This document shows positions 39,373 through 49,093 of a stretch of DNA of 64,000 nt, piece after piece. Every line of letters starts with the position of its first letter. The stretch's first letter is position 1. Both the position numbers and the translations under genes were made by a program. The DNA lies in contig JAXMBY010000001.1 in NCBI GenBank assembly GCA_046349655.1, positions 181,351 through 245,350 of the forward strand, written 5' to 3'. Under the pieces are notes generated by a model that was not told the origin of the DNA, did not search any database, and worked only from the letters and a program-made list of their open reading frames with translations. This DNA is from Planctomycetota bacterium. GTDB taxonomy: Bacteria; Planctomycetota; B15-G4; JAXMBY01.

Positions 39373-41329
39373 CACCGCCGAACCCATCGCCGAGACCGAC
39401 CGCGGCCACCAGGAACCGCTCGCTTCCATGGTGCTCCGCCAAGCGGCGCGCGAGGTCGTGCTCGCTCGTCGCATCGCCGCGGAACTCGCTCGCCGATGGC
39501 AGCCAGGCCAGCACCGGGTTCCGCAGCGGCTCGTCGGCGAAGCCCTCGGCCTTGTCGATCGCGATCACCGCCGTGTGCGTGAACGGGTCGAGGTCGGTCA
39601 GCTCGCCGTGCAGCTCGCCCGGCTTCACCCGCAGCAACGTGGCATCGATGGTCGGGATCTCGGCGTCCACACGCCAGGCGCCGCGCAACCACACCGAGCG
39701 GCCCGGGCGCAGCGCCTCGGCGCCGACCTCGGGATCGCCGTCGGCGCGCAGGGCGATGTGCGCGACGCCGGCGAGCGTCACCTGGATGTCGTCGTCTGGC
39801 CCCGCGAGGCCGCCGCTGATCGCCGGATCGCGCGGCGCCAGGTGGACGACGATGCGATCCGGCAGACCCGCCGTCGCGACGATCCTGCCCTCGAACGCGG
39901 GCAGCTCCTCGATGATCTCGATGCGCCGCGCCCGTACCACCGGTTCGGCCGGCGGGGCCGCCACGGCCAGCGGCCGCGGCAGCTCGGGGTCGGAAGCGTC
40001 CCCAGCGCGCACGTCGACCGTCACGCACTGGCCGACCCGCAGGTCGTTCGCGGTTGCCGCGCCGTGGGGGCGCGGGTGCTGCTGCGGCCGATCGTCGCCC
40101 GGCGGCGGCAGGTCCGGCTCGGCGGCTGGATCGGACTCGGTTTCCTCGCCAGCCTCGTGCTGCTCCTCTGCGTGCCTGCCGCCGGCATCGCCATGCTGGC
40201 GATCGCCCACCATCGGCTCGCTGCTCGGATCGGGCGCGTGTCCGCCGGGATCCTCTCCTGGCTCGCTGGCGATGTTGACCCGCTCGTCCGGCAGCGAGCC
40301 GTCGCCCGTCCGGGTGTGTCGCACGAACACCGTGGCGCCGTCCCACGCCACGGTGAGCGCTCCACCCGGCGCGATCTGGTCGCGCAGCCCGCTCGCATGG
40401 TCGTCCACCTGCGTGAGCCGCAGCGCGAGCAAGCGCGCGTCCGGGTCGAGCGCCATCACGACGCCGGTCGCCGCCAGCTGCGGCTCGGACTCCGCGATCT
40501 CGATCGAGGCCGCGAGCAAGCTGCCGTCCTGTTGCAGGTGGCCGTGCGCGTGCACCATCGTGCCCACCTCCTCGGCGGCGAAGAACGTGCCCGCGTCCGG
40601 GAACGGCTGACCGCTGTCCGACAGCAACACGGTCGCGTCATCGATCACCACGTCGAGGATTCCGGCGGCGGTCTCGCTCGCATCCGAGGTGCGAATCTCG
40701 AGCGTCATCCGGCCCTGGTCCGGGCGCTCCTCGAGCACGCGGCCGTGCACACCCTCGACCTCGACGTCGCCGTCCGGGTCGTCGGCGGAGATCGCGAGCG
40801 CGAACTCGAGCTCGCCGTCGTGATCCACCAGCGACTGGTCGGCGCTGATGTCGATGCGCAGGCGCGCGCTGCCGCCGTGCGTGATGCCGAAGGCGAGACC
40901 TTCGAGCGAGGTCGACGCCGTGGCGCGAGTCACGTTCAGAGTCACCGGGTTGCCGTCGAGGTCGCGCGCACGCACCGAGCTCGGGTCGAGCGCCACGCGC
41001 ACGGCGGCGTACGGTCCGCTCGCCACCGGCACCAATGCGATCAGCGCCTGGTGACCCGACAGGCTCAGCAGCTCGAGCTGGACCGGTTCGCCGAGCAGGT
41101 TCTCGGTCTCGCCCATCTCGGTGCTGATCAGCGTGACCTCGGTGAGCTCGAGCGAGACCGACGAGCAGCGATCGCTGGCGGCATCCGTGATCAGGAGCGC
41201 CATCGATCCCTCGGCCCTCGCCGCGGGAGGGCCTTGCGGCGGCGTCGTGCTCGAGCCGCCGCCGCTGCACCCGGCGACGGCGGCCGCCGCCACGAGGATC
41301 ACGAGCCAGACGTGCCAGCGCATGCGCAA
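39323..41329 (-). CDS. acidic secreted lipoprotein, hypothetical (668 aa)
   Basis: MRMRWHVWLVILVAAAAVAGCSG lipoprotein signal; Asp/Glu-rich repetitive domains; intact over 2 kb. Confidence 0.6.
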   Translation of the reverse strand: MRMRWHVWLVILVAAAAVAGCSGGGSSTTPPQGPPAARAEGSMALLITDAASDRCSSVSLELTEVTLISTEMGETENLLGEPVQLELLSLSGHQALIALVPVASGPYAAVRVALDPSSVRARDLDGNPVTLNVTRATASTSLEGLAFGITHGGSARLRIDISADQSLVDHDGELEFALAISADDPDGDVEVEGVHGRVLEERPDQGRMTLEIRTSDASETAAGILDVVIDDATVLLSDSGQPFPDAGTFFAAEEVGTMVHAHGHLQQDGSLLAASIEIAESEPQLAATGVVMALDPDARLLALRLTQVDDHASGLRDQIAPGGALTVAWDGATVFVRHTRTGDGSLPDERVNIASEPGEDPGGHAPDPSSEPMVGDRQHGDAGGRHAEEQHEAGEETESDPAAEPDLPPPGDDRPQQHPRPHGAATANDLRVGQCVTVDVRAGDASDPELPRPLAVAAPPAEPVVRARRIEIIEELPAFEGRIVATAGLPDRIVVHLAPRDPAISGGLAGPDDDIQVTLAGVAHIALRADGDPEVGAEALRPGRSVWLRGAWRVDAEIPTIDATLLRVKPGELHGELTDLDPFTHTAVIAIDKAEGFADEPLRNPVLAWLPSASEFRGDATSEHDLARRLAEHHGSERFLVAAVGLGDGFGGVSLYRILVAEVGLSAR

Positions 41330-41465
41330 TCTCCCGAACCGGTGTTGCTGCGGCGGGAATCATCTCTTCGGTGGGCGCGACGCCAGAGCGTTAGCCGGCG
41401 CACGCCCCGTCCCGGGCTGGCACGAAGGGCGTCGGATTCCCGGGCGGGAGCGACGGACGCGTCGA

Positions 41466-42887
41466 TCAGCGCGGGTGAGCGGCAGCGCCGTTCACCACCG
41501 CGAGCTGGGCCGCTTCCCAGGCCTGGATCCCGCCCACCACGTCCTCGACCTCGAGGATGCCGCGCTGCTTGAGCAGGCTGGTGGCGATCGCGGAGCGGTA
41601 GCCGGACTGGCAGTGCACCACGAGGTGCTGGTCGCGCGGCACCTCGTGCAGCCGCTGCGGCAGCTGGTGCAACGGGATGTTCAGGCTGCGGGCGATGTGG
41701 CGTTCCTGCCACTCGCTCGCGGCGCGCACGTCGAGCACGATCGGCGGCTCTGCGCGCGCGAGCTCGCGCGCGAGGGCGGGCGCCTCGATGCGGGCGGTGC
41801 GGCCGACCAGGTCGCGCCGCGGCGCGAGGGCGCCGACGCCGCCGCTCAGGAAGCCCGAGATCTGATCGAAGCCGATGCGGCCCATGCGCACCGCGGTCTC
41901 GTGTTCCCGGCCGGGCGCGGCGACGATGACCGCCGGCAGGCTCGGGTCGAGCAGGGTCCCGAGCCAGGTCTCGAACTTGCCGCCGAGCCCGAAGTTCAAG
42001 CTGCCGATCAGGTGCGCGGCCTCGAACTCGGCCGGATCGCGGCTGTCGATGACCTGGGCACCGGCGTTGGCGAGCCGCAGCACGTCCTCGAGCGCGAGCG
42101 GCTTGAGCACGTCGCGCAGATGGCGATCGAGCGTCGGTCGCGTGCGGCGATTGAGCGTGGCGTCGTGCGCGAAGTAGCGCGGCGCCTCCGGCTGGTCCTT
42201 GGTGACCAGGGCGATGAACTGCTGGCGCGGCATCGGCTGCAGCGCGTAGTTGGTCTGGCGCTGCGTGCCGATCGTCGACACGCTGTCCTTGCTCAGGCTC
42301 TTGCCGCACATCGAGCCGGCGCCGTGCGCCGGATACACGAGCGTCGCGTCCGGCAGCGCGAGCAGCTTTGCGTGCACCGAATCGTAGAGCATGCCGGCGA
42401 GGTCCTGCGCCGCGACGCCGATCGAGGCGAGCAGGTCGGGCCGGCCCACGTCACCGAGGAACAGCGTGTCGCCGGTCAGCACCGCGTGCGGGGCAGCGCC
42501 GCTGCGCGCGAGGTCGTACACCACATAGGAGGTCGACTCGGGCGTGTGGCCGGGCGTGGCGAGCGCGACGATGCGCACGTCGCCCCACGCGAGCGCCGCG
42601 CCATCCGCGAGCGCAGCGATCGGGAAGTCGGCCCTGGCGCTTGCGCCCATGTGGATCGCCGCGCCGGTACGTTCGCGGAGCTCGAGGTGGCCGGAGATGA
42701 AGTCGGCATGGAAGTGCGTGAGCAGCACGTGCCGGATCGTGAGCCCGAGCTGGCGCGCATCGACAAGGTACTGTTCGACGTCGCGCTGCGGATCCACCAC
42801 CGCCGCCGTGCCGCTCGCCTGATCGCCGATCAGATACGAGAAATGCGAGAGGCAACCGAGGCAGTACTGCTTCAGGATCATCGCCAA
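41466..42887 (-). CDS. MBL-fold persulfide-dioxygenase-like domain fused to two rhodanese domains (CstB/PDO-RHOD type)
   Basis: HFHADFISGH metal-binding motif and TPGHTPES, followed by rhodanese modules (C-terminal VVHCQSGYRSAIA active-site Cys loop). Confidence 0.8.
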   Translation of the reverse strand: MAMILKQYCLGCLSHFSYLIGDQASGTAAVVDPQRDVEQYLVDARQLGLTIRHVLLTHFHADFISGHLELRERTGAAIHMGASARADFPIAALADGAALAWGDVRIVALATPGHTPESTSYVVYDLARSGAAPHAVLTGDTLFLGDVGRPDLLASIGVAAQDLAGMLYDSVHAKLLALPDATLVYPAHGAGSMCGKSLSKDSVSTIGTQRQTNYALQPMPRQQFIALVTKDQPEAPRYFAHDATLNRRTRPTLDRHLRDVLKPLALEDVLRLANAGAQVIDSRDPAEFEAAHLIGSLNFGLGGKFETWLGTLLDPSLPAVIVAAPGREHETAVRMGRIGFDQISGFLSGGVGALAPRRDLVGRTARIEAPALARELARAEPPIVLDVRAASEWQERHIARSLNIPLHQLPQRLHEVPRDQHLVVHCQSGYRSAIATSLLKQRGILEVEDVVGGIQAWEAAQLAVVNGAAAHPR

Positions 42888-44374
42888 ACCCCCTCATCGA
42901 ACAGCATGGTGAGCCCGACGAACAGCGGGATCAGGATCACACCCGACCAGAGAAGATAGCCGAAGAACGACGGCATCCGCACCCGGTTCTCCTCGGCAAT
43001 CGAGCGCACCATGAAATTGGGCGCATTGCCGATGTACGTGTTGGCGCCCATGAACACCGAGCCGAGCGAGACCGCCTTGAGATAGCTCTCGAAGCGCACC
43101 AGGTGATCGCCGAGCGCGCTCACGGCCTCGGCGCGCGGCATGGCCGTGAAATGCGGCAGCAAGCGCGCGTGCGCGTCGAGCAGCAAAGCCACCAGGTCGG
43201 GCGCCGCGGTGGCGGTGGAAAAGTGCAGGGGCAGCTGCCGCAGGAAGCCGCTGATCACGTCCTCGTGCAGATGCAGCTTGCCGAGCGCGGTGTTGAAGAA
43301 CGTGAGATAGGTGGGCGCATTGTCGAGCACGCTCGAGAGCGCGCCCGAGAACCAGAAGAACCGCGTGTCGGAATTCGCGGCGGCGATCATCGGCCGCAGG
43401 GCGCCGCTCTCGCCCGCCTTCAAGATGGCCACGGCCGGGATGATGGTCATGAAGATGCCGGCGAACAGATAGGCCACCTCGCGGATCGCGCCCCAGGTGA
43501 ACCCGTTCTCGACCCGCAGCTCGCGCCGGGTCGAGGCGTGCGCGAGCAGCGCCATCAGCAGGATCGCTGCGTCGCGCACCAGGCCGGCGATCCCGAGCGT
43601 CGCACCGAGCAGCGTGACCTCGCCGAGGTTGCAGGTGCCGCTCCACACCACGGCGCCGACGATGCCCGCCAGGAACACGAGGTTGTGCGCGCCGCCGAGG
43701 CCTGCGCGCGCAAGCGTGGTCTGTGGCGGCACCTCACCGCGCGCGAAGAGTGTGTCGAGCACGAAGAACACGACCAGCAGCGAACCGACCAGGAGCACCA
43801 CCTCGGGCAGCAGATTGAAGGTCCACGCGAACGGCACGCCATGCAGGAAGCCGAGGAACAGCGGCGGATCACCGATCGGCGTGAGCGCGCCGCCGATGTT
43901 GCTGACCAGGAAGATGAAGAACACGATCACGTGCGCGCTGCGCTTGCGGTGGCGATTGGCGCGCAGCACCGGTCGGATCATCAGCATCGACGCGCCGGTG
44001 GTGCCGAGGCACGATGCGAGCGCGGTGCTGATCGCGAGTAGGACGGTGTTGACGAGCGGCCGGCCGATCAGGTTGCCGCGCACGACGATGCCGCCGCACA
44101 CCGTGTAGAGTCCGGCCGGCAGGATGATGAACGGCACGTAGTCGGCCAGCAACACGTGCACGATCTCGTGCACGGCTTGCGCACGGTAGGCGATCACGAA
44201 CGGGATCGCGAACAAGAGCGCGCAGCCGGCGGCCACCTTCGGGTAGTGGTGGTGCCAGAACCGCGGCGCGATCATCGGTAGCAGCGCGATCGACAGCAGG
44301 ATCGCCGCGAACGGGGCGATCGACCAGAGCGGCATCGCGGCGCCGATCTCGACGCTGGCGCTGGCGAGCATCAT
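42878..44374 (-). CDS. NhaD/ArsB-superfamily ion (Na+/H+) antiporter-like membrane transporter
   Basis: 12-TM protein starting MMLASASVEIGAAMPLWSIAPFAAILLSIALLP. ATGA overlap with upstream TerC and 10-bp overlap with the downstream PDO-rhodanese gene. Confidence 0.65.
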   Translation of the reverse strand: MMLASASVEIGAAMPLWSIAPFAAILLSIALLPMIAPRFWHHHYPKVAAGCALLFAIPFVIAYRAQAVHEIVHVLLADYVPFIILPAGLYTVCGGIVVRGNLIGRPLVNTVLLAISTALASCLGTTGASMLMIRPVLRANRHRKRSAHVIVFFIFLVSNIGGALTPIGDPPLFLGFLHGVPFAWTFNLLPEVVLLVGSLLVVFFVLDTLFARGEVPPQTTLARAGLGGAHNLVFLAGIVGAVVWSGTCNLGEVTLLGATLGIAGLVRDAAILLMALLAHASTRRELRVENGFTWGAIREVAYLFAGIFMTIIPAVAILKAGESGALRPMIAAANSDTRFFWFSGALSSVLDNAPTYLTFFNTALGKLHLHEDVISGFLRQLPLHFSTATAAPDLVALLLDAHARLLPHFTAMPRAEAVSALGDHLVRFESYLKAVSLGSVFMGANTYIGNAPNFMVRSIAEENRVRMPSFFGYLLWSGVILIPLFVGLTMLFDEGVWR

Positions 44375-45303
44375 GGCGGCGGCCTGCGCGGTGGGATCAG
44401 CACCGACAGCAAGATCGAGCCGCCGAGCAGCGTGGCCACCACCGCCAGCGACCACACCACGGAGATGTGCGCGAATCGGCCCGCCACCATCTTGAGGCCG
44501 ATGAACGTGAGCACCAGGCCGAGGCCGAACTTGAGGAAGCGGAACTTGTCCATGACCGCGGCCAGCAGGAAGAACAGGTTGCGCAGGCCCAGGATCGCGA
44601 AGATGTTCGACGTGTAGATGATGAACGCGTCGGTGGTGATGCCGAAGATTGCCGGGATCGAGTCGAGCGCGAACACGAGATCGGTGGCCTCGATGATCAC
44701 CAGCACGAGCAGCGGCGGCGTCGCGTGCCACTTGCCATCGACCCGCACCAGGAAGCGCGAGCCGTGATAGTCGGGCGTTGCCCGGATCAGGCGGCGCATC
44801 ATGCGGATGATGAGGTTGCGTTCCGGATCAGCCTCCTCGTCGCCCTCGAACAGCAGCTTGATGCCGGTGACCACGAGGATGCCGCCGAAGATGTAGAGTA
44901 TCCAGCCGAACCTTGCCACCAGCGCCGAGCCCGCGCCAATGAACACCGCGCGCATCAAGAGCGCGCCGACGATGCCCCAGATCAGGATGCGGTGCTGGTA
45001 GGCCGCAGGCACACGGAAGTACGAGAAGATCACCAGGAACACGAACAGGTTGTCGACGCTGAGCGCTTCTTCGATCAGGTAGCCGGTGACGAACTCGAGC
45101 GCGCTCTTCGAGCCGCGCTCGAAGTAGATGCCGAGCGCAAACAGCAGTGCGAGTCCGATCCAGATGCCGGTCCACAGCAGCGCATCACGCTTGCGCACCA
45201 CGTGGTCGCCGCGCCGGAACAACCCGAGATCGAGGGCCAGCATGCACAGCACGACCGCGAGGAACACGCCCCACCCGAGGGGCGAACCGGTGCTGGTCGG
45301 CAT
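44371..45303 (-). CDS. TerC-family integral membrane protein
   Basis: LSVDNLFVF and IEATDLVFALDSIPAIFGIT motifs. Confidence 0.8.
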   Translation of the reverse strand: MPTSTGSPLGWGVFLAVVLCMLALDLGLFRRGDHVVRKRDALLWTGIWIGLALLFALGIYFERGSKSALEFVTGYLIEEALSVDNLFVFLVIFSYFRVPAAYQHRILIWGIVGALLMRAVFIGAGSALVARFGWILYIFGGILVVTGIKLLFEGDEEADPERNLIIRMMRRLIRATPDYHGSRFLVRVDGKWHATPPLLVLVIIEATDLVFALDSIPAIFGITTDAFIIYTSNIFAILGLRNLFFLLAAVMDKFRFLKFGLGLVLTFIGLKMVAGRFAHISVVWSLAVVATLLGGSILLSVLIPPRRPPP

Positions 45304-45500
45304 GCTCGAATGACTCCGCGCTTCAAGACGATTCGCTGCCGTGGTGGCCGCGCTCAGGGGCGAGAATTGTAAAGAGGCCGGGCGGCCCAGTCCACGATGC
45401 AGGGCTTCTTCAAGACCAGCCTTCATGATCGACGGTTACAATGAATGCCCGCCGGGGATGGCTCGGCGATGTCGCACGAGAACGATCGCACGAGATACGG

Positions 45501-47306
45501 ATGAGCGCACACCCACGAATCACGATCTTGCGCCCCGGTCTGGCGCTGGCCGCATTGCTCGTGCCCGCGTGCGGGCGCGAGCAGGCGAGGGATCGCGCCG
45601 CGTCGCCGTCGCTGTTGCTGATCACCATCGACACGGTGCGAGCCGATCATCTCGGCTGCTATGGCGACGCCCGCGCAGCAACGCCCAACATCGACGCCAT
45701 CGCCGCGCAAGGAGTGCTGTTCGCTTCGGCGCGCACCTGCGCGCCGCTGACGCTTCCGTCGCACGTGACCATGTTGACCGGCACGCTGCCGCCGTGCCAT
45801 GGCATCCACGACAACGCGGTGAGCTACCTCAAGCCAGAGGCGGTCACCCTCGCGGAGCTGCTGCACGACCGCGGCTACCAGACCGGCGGGTTCGTGTCGG
45901 CGTTCGTGCTCGATCGCAAGTTCGGCCTGGACCAGGGATTCGACCAGTACGGCGACGTGCCGCCACGCTCGATGCTGGCGCGCAACACGCTCGAGGAACG
46001 CCGCGGCGACGAGACCACGCTCGAGGCGGTCGAGTGGCTTTCGCGCTGCGATCCGGCGCGACCCTTCTTCCTGTGGCTGCACCTGTTCGATGCGCACGCG
46101 CCGTACCTGCCGCCAGCGCCCTTCGATGCGACGTTCCGGGAGCGACCGTACGATGGCGAGATCGCCTACGTGGACATGCTCGTCGGCCAGATCGGCGAAG
46201 CGGCGCGGCAACGATCGGCGCTGCTGATCACGGCGGTGCTCGCCGATCACGGCGAGTCGCTTGGCGAGCACGGCGAGCAGACGCATGGGTTGTTCGTGTA
46301 CGATGCCACCATGCACATTCCCTGGGTGATGAGCGGGCCTGGGCTGCCGGCCGGACGCCGGGTCAGCGAAGCGGTGCGCACCGTCGACCTGCTGCCGACG
46401 CTGGTCGGCCTGCTGCACGGCGACGTGCCGGCTGCCGCGCAGGGGCGCGACCTCATGCCGCTGGTGCGCGGCGAGTCGAGCGCCACGCTGCCGACCTACA
46501 TGGAGAGCTACTACGGTTACCTGAACTTCCGCTGGAGCCCGCTGCTCGCGCTGAGCGACGGCGTGTACAAGGTGATCGACGCGCCGCGTCCCGAGCTGTA
46601 CTCGCTACGTGACGACCGCAACGAGACGAGCGACCTGGCGCGCACCGAGACCACGCGGCTCGAGCAGATGCGCAACGCGGCGCGCGCGCAGTTCGCGGCG
46701 CTCGACTGCGGCGCCGCCTTCTCTTCGAGCTACCAGGGCACGCCCGAGGATCTCGAGCGGCTGCGCGCGCTCGGGTACGTGGGTCAGAGCGCCGGTGGCG
46801 GTGTGCCGCTGCCCGGCAAGGGCGCCGATCCGAAGGACATGGTGGTGACGCTCGCGGCGCGCGATCAGGCGATGGCGCTGATCACCGAGGGGCGCACGCA
46901 GGAGGGTCTCGACCTGGTGAGGCAAGCGCTCGCGCGCGATCCGAACAACGCGCCGCTGCTCGAGTTCGAGGGCGTCGCGCTGGCGAAGCTCGAGCGGTTC
47001 CAGGAAGCGATCGCGGCGCTCGAGAAGGCGGTCGCCATCCGTCCGGATCGCATCGATGCCCAGTATGCGCTCGCGCACTGCCACAGCCAGCTGCACGATT
47101 TTCCCGCCGCGCTCGCGCGGCTCAAGAAATGCCTCGACCTGAGCCCATCGTTCCTGAAGGCTGCCAAGCTGATGGGCGACATCTACTTCGCAACCGGGGA
47201 CCATGCCAGCGCGGCGACGTGGTACGAGTACTTCCTGGCGCGCTGGAAGGGCGATGCCGCCACCGCCGCGCGCGTGCGAGACGCGCTGGCGCAGGTGCGG
47301 CAGTAG
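45501..47306 (+). CDS. sulfatase-family hydrolase lipoprotein with C-terminal TPR repeats
   Basis: Lipobox LLVPACG; LLITIDTVRADHLGCYG (sulfatase CxxxxR-like context; Cys may be replaced); TPR helices in the last 170 aa. Confidence 0.8.
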   Translation: MSAHPRITILRPGLALAALLVPACGREQARDRAASPSLLLITIDTVRADHLGCYGDARAATPNIDAIAAQGVLFASARTCAPLTLPSHVTMLTGTLPPCHGIHDNAVSYLKPEAVTLAELLHDRGYQTGGFVSAFVLDRKFGLDQGFDQYGDVPPRSMLARNTLEERRGDETTLEAVEWLSRCDPARPFFLWLHLFDAHAPYLPPAPFDATFRERPYDGEIAYVDMLVGQIGEAARQRSALLITAVLADHGESLGEHGEQTHGLFVYDATMHIPWVMSGPGLPAGRRVSEAVRTVDLLPTLVGLLHGDVPAAAQGRDLMPLVRGESSATLPTYMESYYGYLNFRWSPLLALSDGVYKVIDAPRPELYSLRDDRNETSDLARTETTRLEQMRNAARAQFAALDCGAAFSSSYQGTPEDLERLRALGYVGQSAGGGVPLPGKGADPKDMVVTLAARDQAMALITEGRTQEGLDLVRQALARDPNNAPLLEFEGVALAKLERFQEAIAALEKAVAIRPDRIDAQYALAHCHSQLHDFPAALARLKKCLDLSPSFLKAAKLMGDIYFATGDHASAATWYEYFLARWKGDAATAARVRDALAQVRQ

Positions 47307-47320
47307 CTGGGCGCGAGGGG

Positions 47321-47480
47321 CGCGAGGGGACAGTCACCTTGCCGCGAACAAGTCTCTGTTCGAGTGCCACCGGGTAGCGACGCGGCAAGGCGACAGCTGG
47401 CGCGAGGGGACAGTCACCTTGCCGCGAACAAGTCTCTGTTCGAGTGCCACCGGGTAGCGACGCGGCAAGGCGACAGTCCC
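47321..47480. repeat. tandem duplication of an 80-bp element, each unit containing a 19-21-bp imperfect inverted repeat around a 38-nt loop
   Basis: 47321-47396 equals 47401-47476 (76/76), with diverging 4-nt ends. Arms GGGGACAGTCACCTTGCCGCG and CGCGGCAAGGCGACAGTCCCC. The loop has an inner 6-bp hairpin CGAACA-agtctc-TGTTCG. Confidence 0.85.
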
Positions 47481-47481
47481 C

Positions 47482-49068
47482 TTATCTCGCCAGCTGTTCC
47501 TGGAGCCAGGAGTGTTCGGGGCGGGCGAGGATGGCATCGACGACGGCGAGCACCTTGGCGGCGGCGTCGGTCTTGCCCTGCTGTCTGGCGCGGTCGCAGA
47601 TCTCCCGCGCCTCGGGGATCAGCTCCATGTAGAAGCGCTCGGCGACCTCGTACATGCCATGCCAGTGCGCATAGTCGGGCGCCATCATCGAGGCGCCGTG
47701 GCGGGCGCGGCGCCCCTCGTGGTGCCACAGGAAGTACCAGGTCCACTCGATCTTCTCGTCGAAGTCGGCCTTGGTCCGCAGCCCGTTGTCGAGCAGGGCA
47801 TCCATGATCATCTTGCCCGGCTTGCCGAACTTCTCGTTGTAGAGCACGACGAAGTCATCGTACTGCTTGTAGAAGCCGTTCACGTAGTCGGGTGTGTGGC
47901 AGTGCGAGCAGACCTCCTTCATGCGATCGCGCTTCGCCTCGGCCGAGTCCAGGATCAGCGCTTGGCGCTTGGACGGATCGGTCTCCTTCACCACCGCGTG
48001 ATTCGCATCGGTGTCCATGCGCATGCTGATCGGCGGGCGATTGGTCCACGAGATGCGCTCGCCTGGGTCGTGCGTGACCCGGCCGTTGTTGCGCAGGTTG
48101 CCCGACATGTGGCACGTGGCGCAGGTGGGAGCCTGCGAGTAGTCCTTGCCCAGCACCCAGCTCTTGCCATCCAGGTTCATGTGGTCCTTCAGGTCGCGGA
48201 ACGCGACGCCGTGCTTCGACTCCTCGTAGATCTCCTTCTGCGGGTGATCCGGACCGAGATGGCACTTGCCACAATTCTCCGGCTGGCGCGCGCGCCGCGG
48301 CGAGAAGTCGTGACGGCTGTGGCAGGCCGAGCACGAGCCGAGGGATCCGTCGAGATTGATCCGGCCGATGCCGGTGTTGGGCCACGTGCCAGGATGGAAG
48401 CGCGGGCGACCGTTCTGGTCCCTCAGCACCCTCGCCACCGCATCGGCGTTGGTGGGCTTGCCGTCCGGGCCGGGCTTCAGGTCATCCACGGTGATCATGC
48501 CGCCATCCTTCGACTGCAGCGCCACCTTGCTGCCGTGGCACTGCTGGCAGCCGGTGAACGCGCTCGCCATGCCGTTCACCTTGTCGATGGTCAGGCCCGG
48601 CGTCGGCGAGTGCGGATCGAACGGCAAGCGTGATCCCTCGACCCGCTCGGCAAGGTAGTTGTCGAGCGACGCGAGGATGTTGCCGGCCTTGGCGTGATGG
48701 CTGTGCTGGAACTGATCCGCCACCTCGGCGTGGCAGCGCGAGCAGTCGCGCGGCGTCGGCACGGTGGCGATCATGAAGCCGTAGTGATCGAAGCTGTCGA
48801 CGTCGCCCTTGTCGGCCTGGTGGCACTCGACGCAGCCCACGCCCTTCTCGGCATGCGTGCTGCCCTTCCAGTGATCGACGATCGCCGGATTCGACTGCCC
48901 ATGGCAGTCGACGCAGGCTTTCGAGTTCTGCGGCACCAGGATCGCCTTGCCGGTGAGGCCAGCTTCCTCGCGCCGGCGGCTCACCTCCATCCACTGCACG
49001 AACACCAGCGACAGCAGGAACAGTCCGCCGAGTGCGGCGATGATGAATTGCTTGGTACGCAGCGTCAT
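47482..49068 (-). CDS. membrane-anchored octahaem c-type cytochrome (HAO/ONR-like multihaem family)
   Basis: Eight CxxCH motifs (CVDCH, CVECH, CSRCH, CQQCH, CSACH, CGKCH, CATCH, CSHCH); N-terminal TM anchor; last gene of the Rieske/cyt b operon. Confidence 0.8.
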   Translation of the reverse strand: MTLRTKQFIIAALGGLFLLSLVFVQWMEVSRRREEAGLTGKAILVPQNSKACVDCHGQSNPAIVDHWKGSTHAEKGVGCVECHQADKGDVDSFDHYGFMIATVPTPRDCSRCHAEVADQFQHSHHAKAGNILASLDNYLAERVEGSRLPFDPHSPTPGLTIDKVNGMASAFTGCQQCHGSKVALQSKDGGMITVDDLKPGPDGKPTNADAVARVLRDQNGRPRFHPGTWPNTGIGRINLDGSLGSCSACHSRHDFSPRRARQPENCGKCHLGPDHPQKEIYEESKHGVAFRDLKDHMNLDGKSWVLGKDYSQAPTCATCHMSGNLRNNGRVTHDPGERISWTNRPPISMRMDTDANHAVVKETDPSKRQALILDSAEAKRDRMKEVCSHCHTPDYVNGFYKQYDDFVVLYNEKFGKPGKMIMDALLDNGLRTKADFDEKIEWTWYFLWHHEGRRARHGASMMAPDYAHWHGMYEVAERFYMELIPEAREICDRARQQGKTDAAAKVLAVVDAILARPEHSWLQEQLAR

Positions 49069-49093
49069 GAGAACTACCTGCTCCTGTGAGCCG

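Noticed and set aside
47321-47480. CRISPR array or tRNA/att site explanation for the 80-bp tandem repeat
   Set aside because: Only two copies, and the 'spacer' is identical between them. No cloverleaf can be built (no T-arm GTTCGAATC-type pairing, no acceptor/CCA geometry), and there are no cas or integrase genes.
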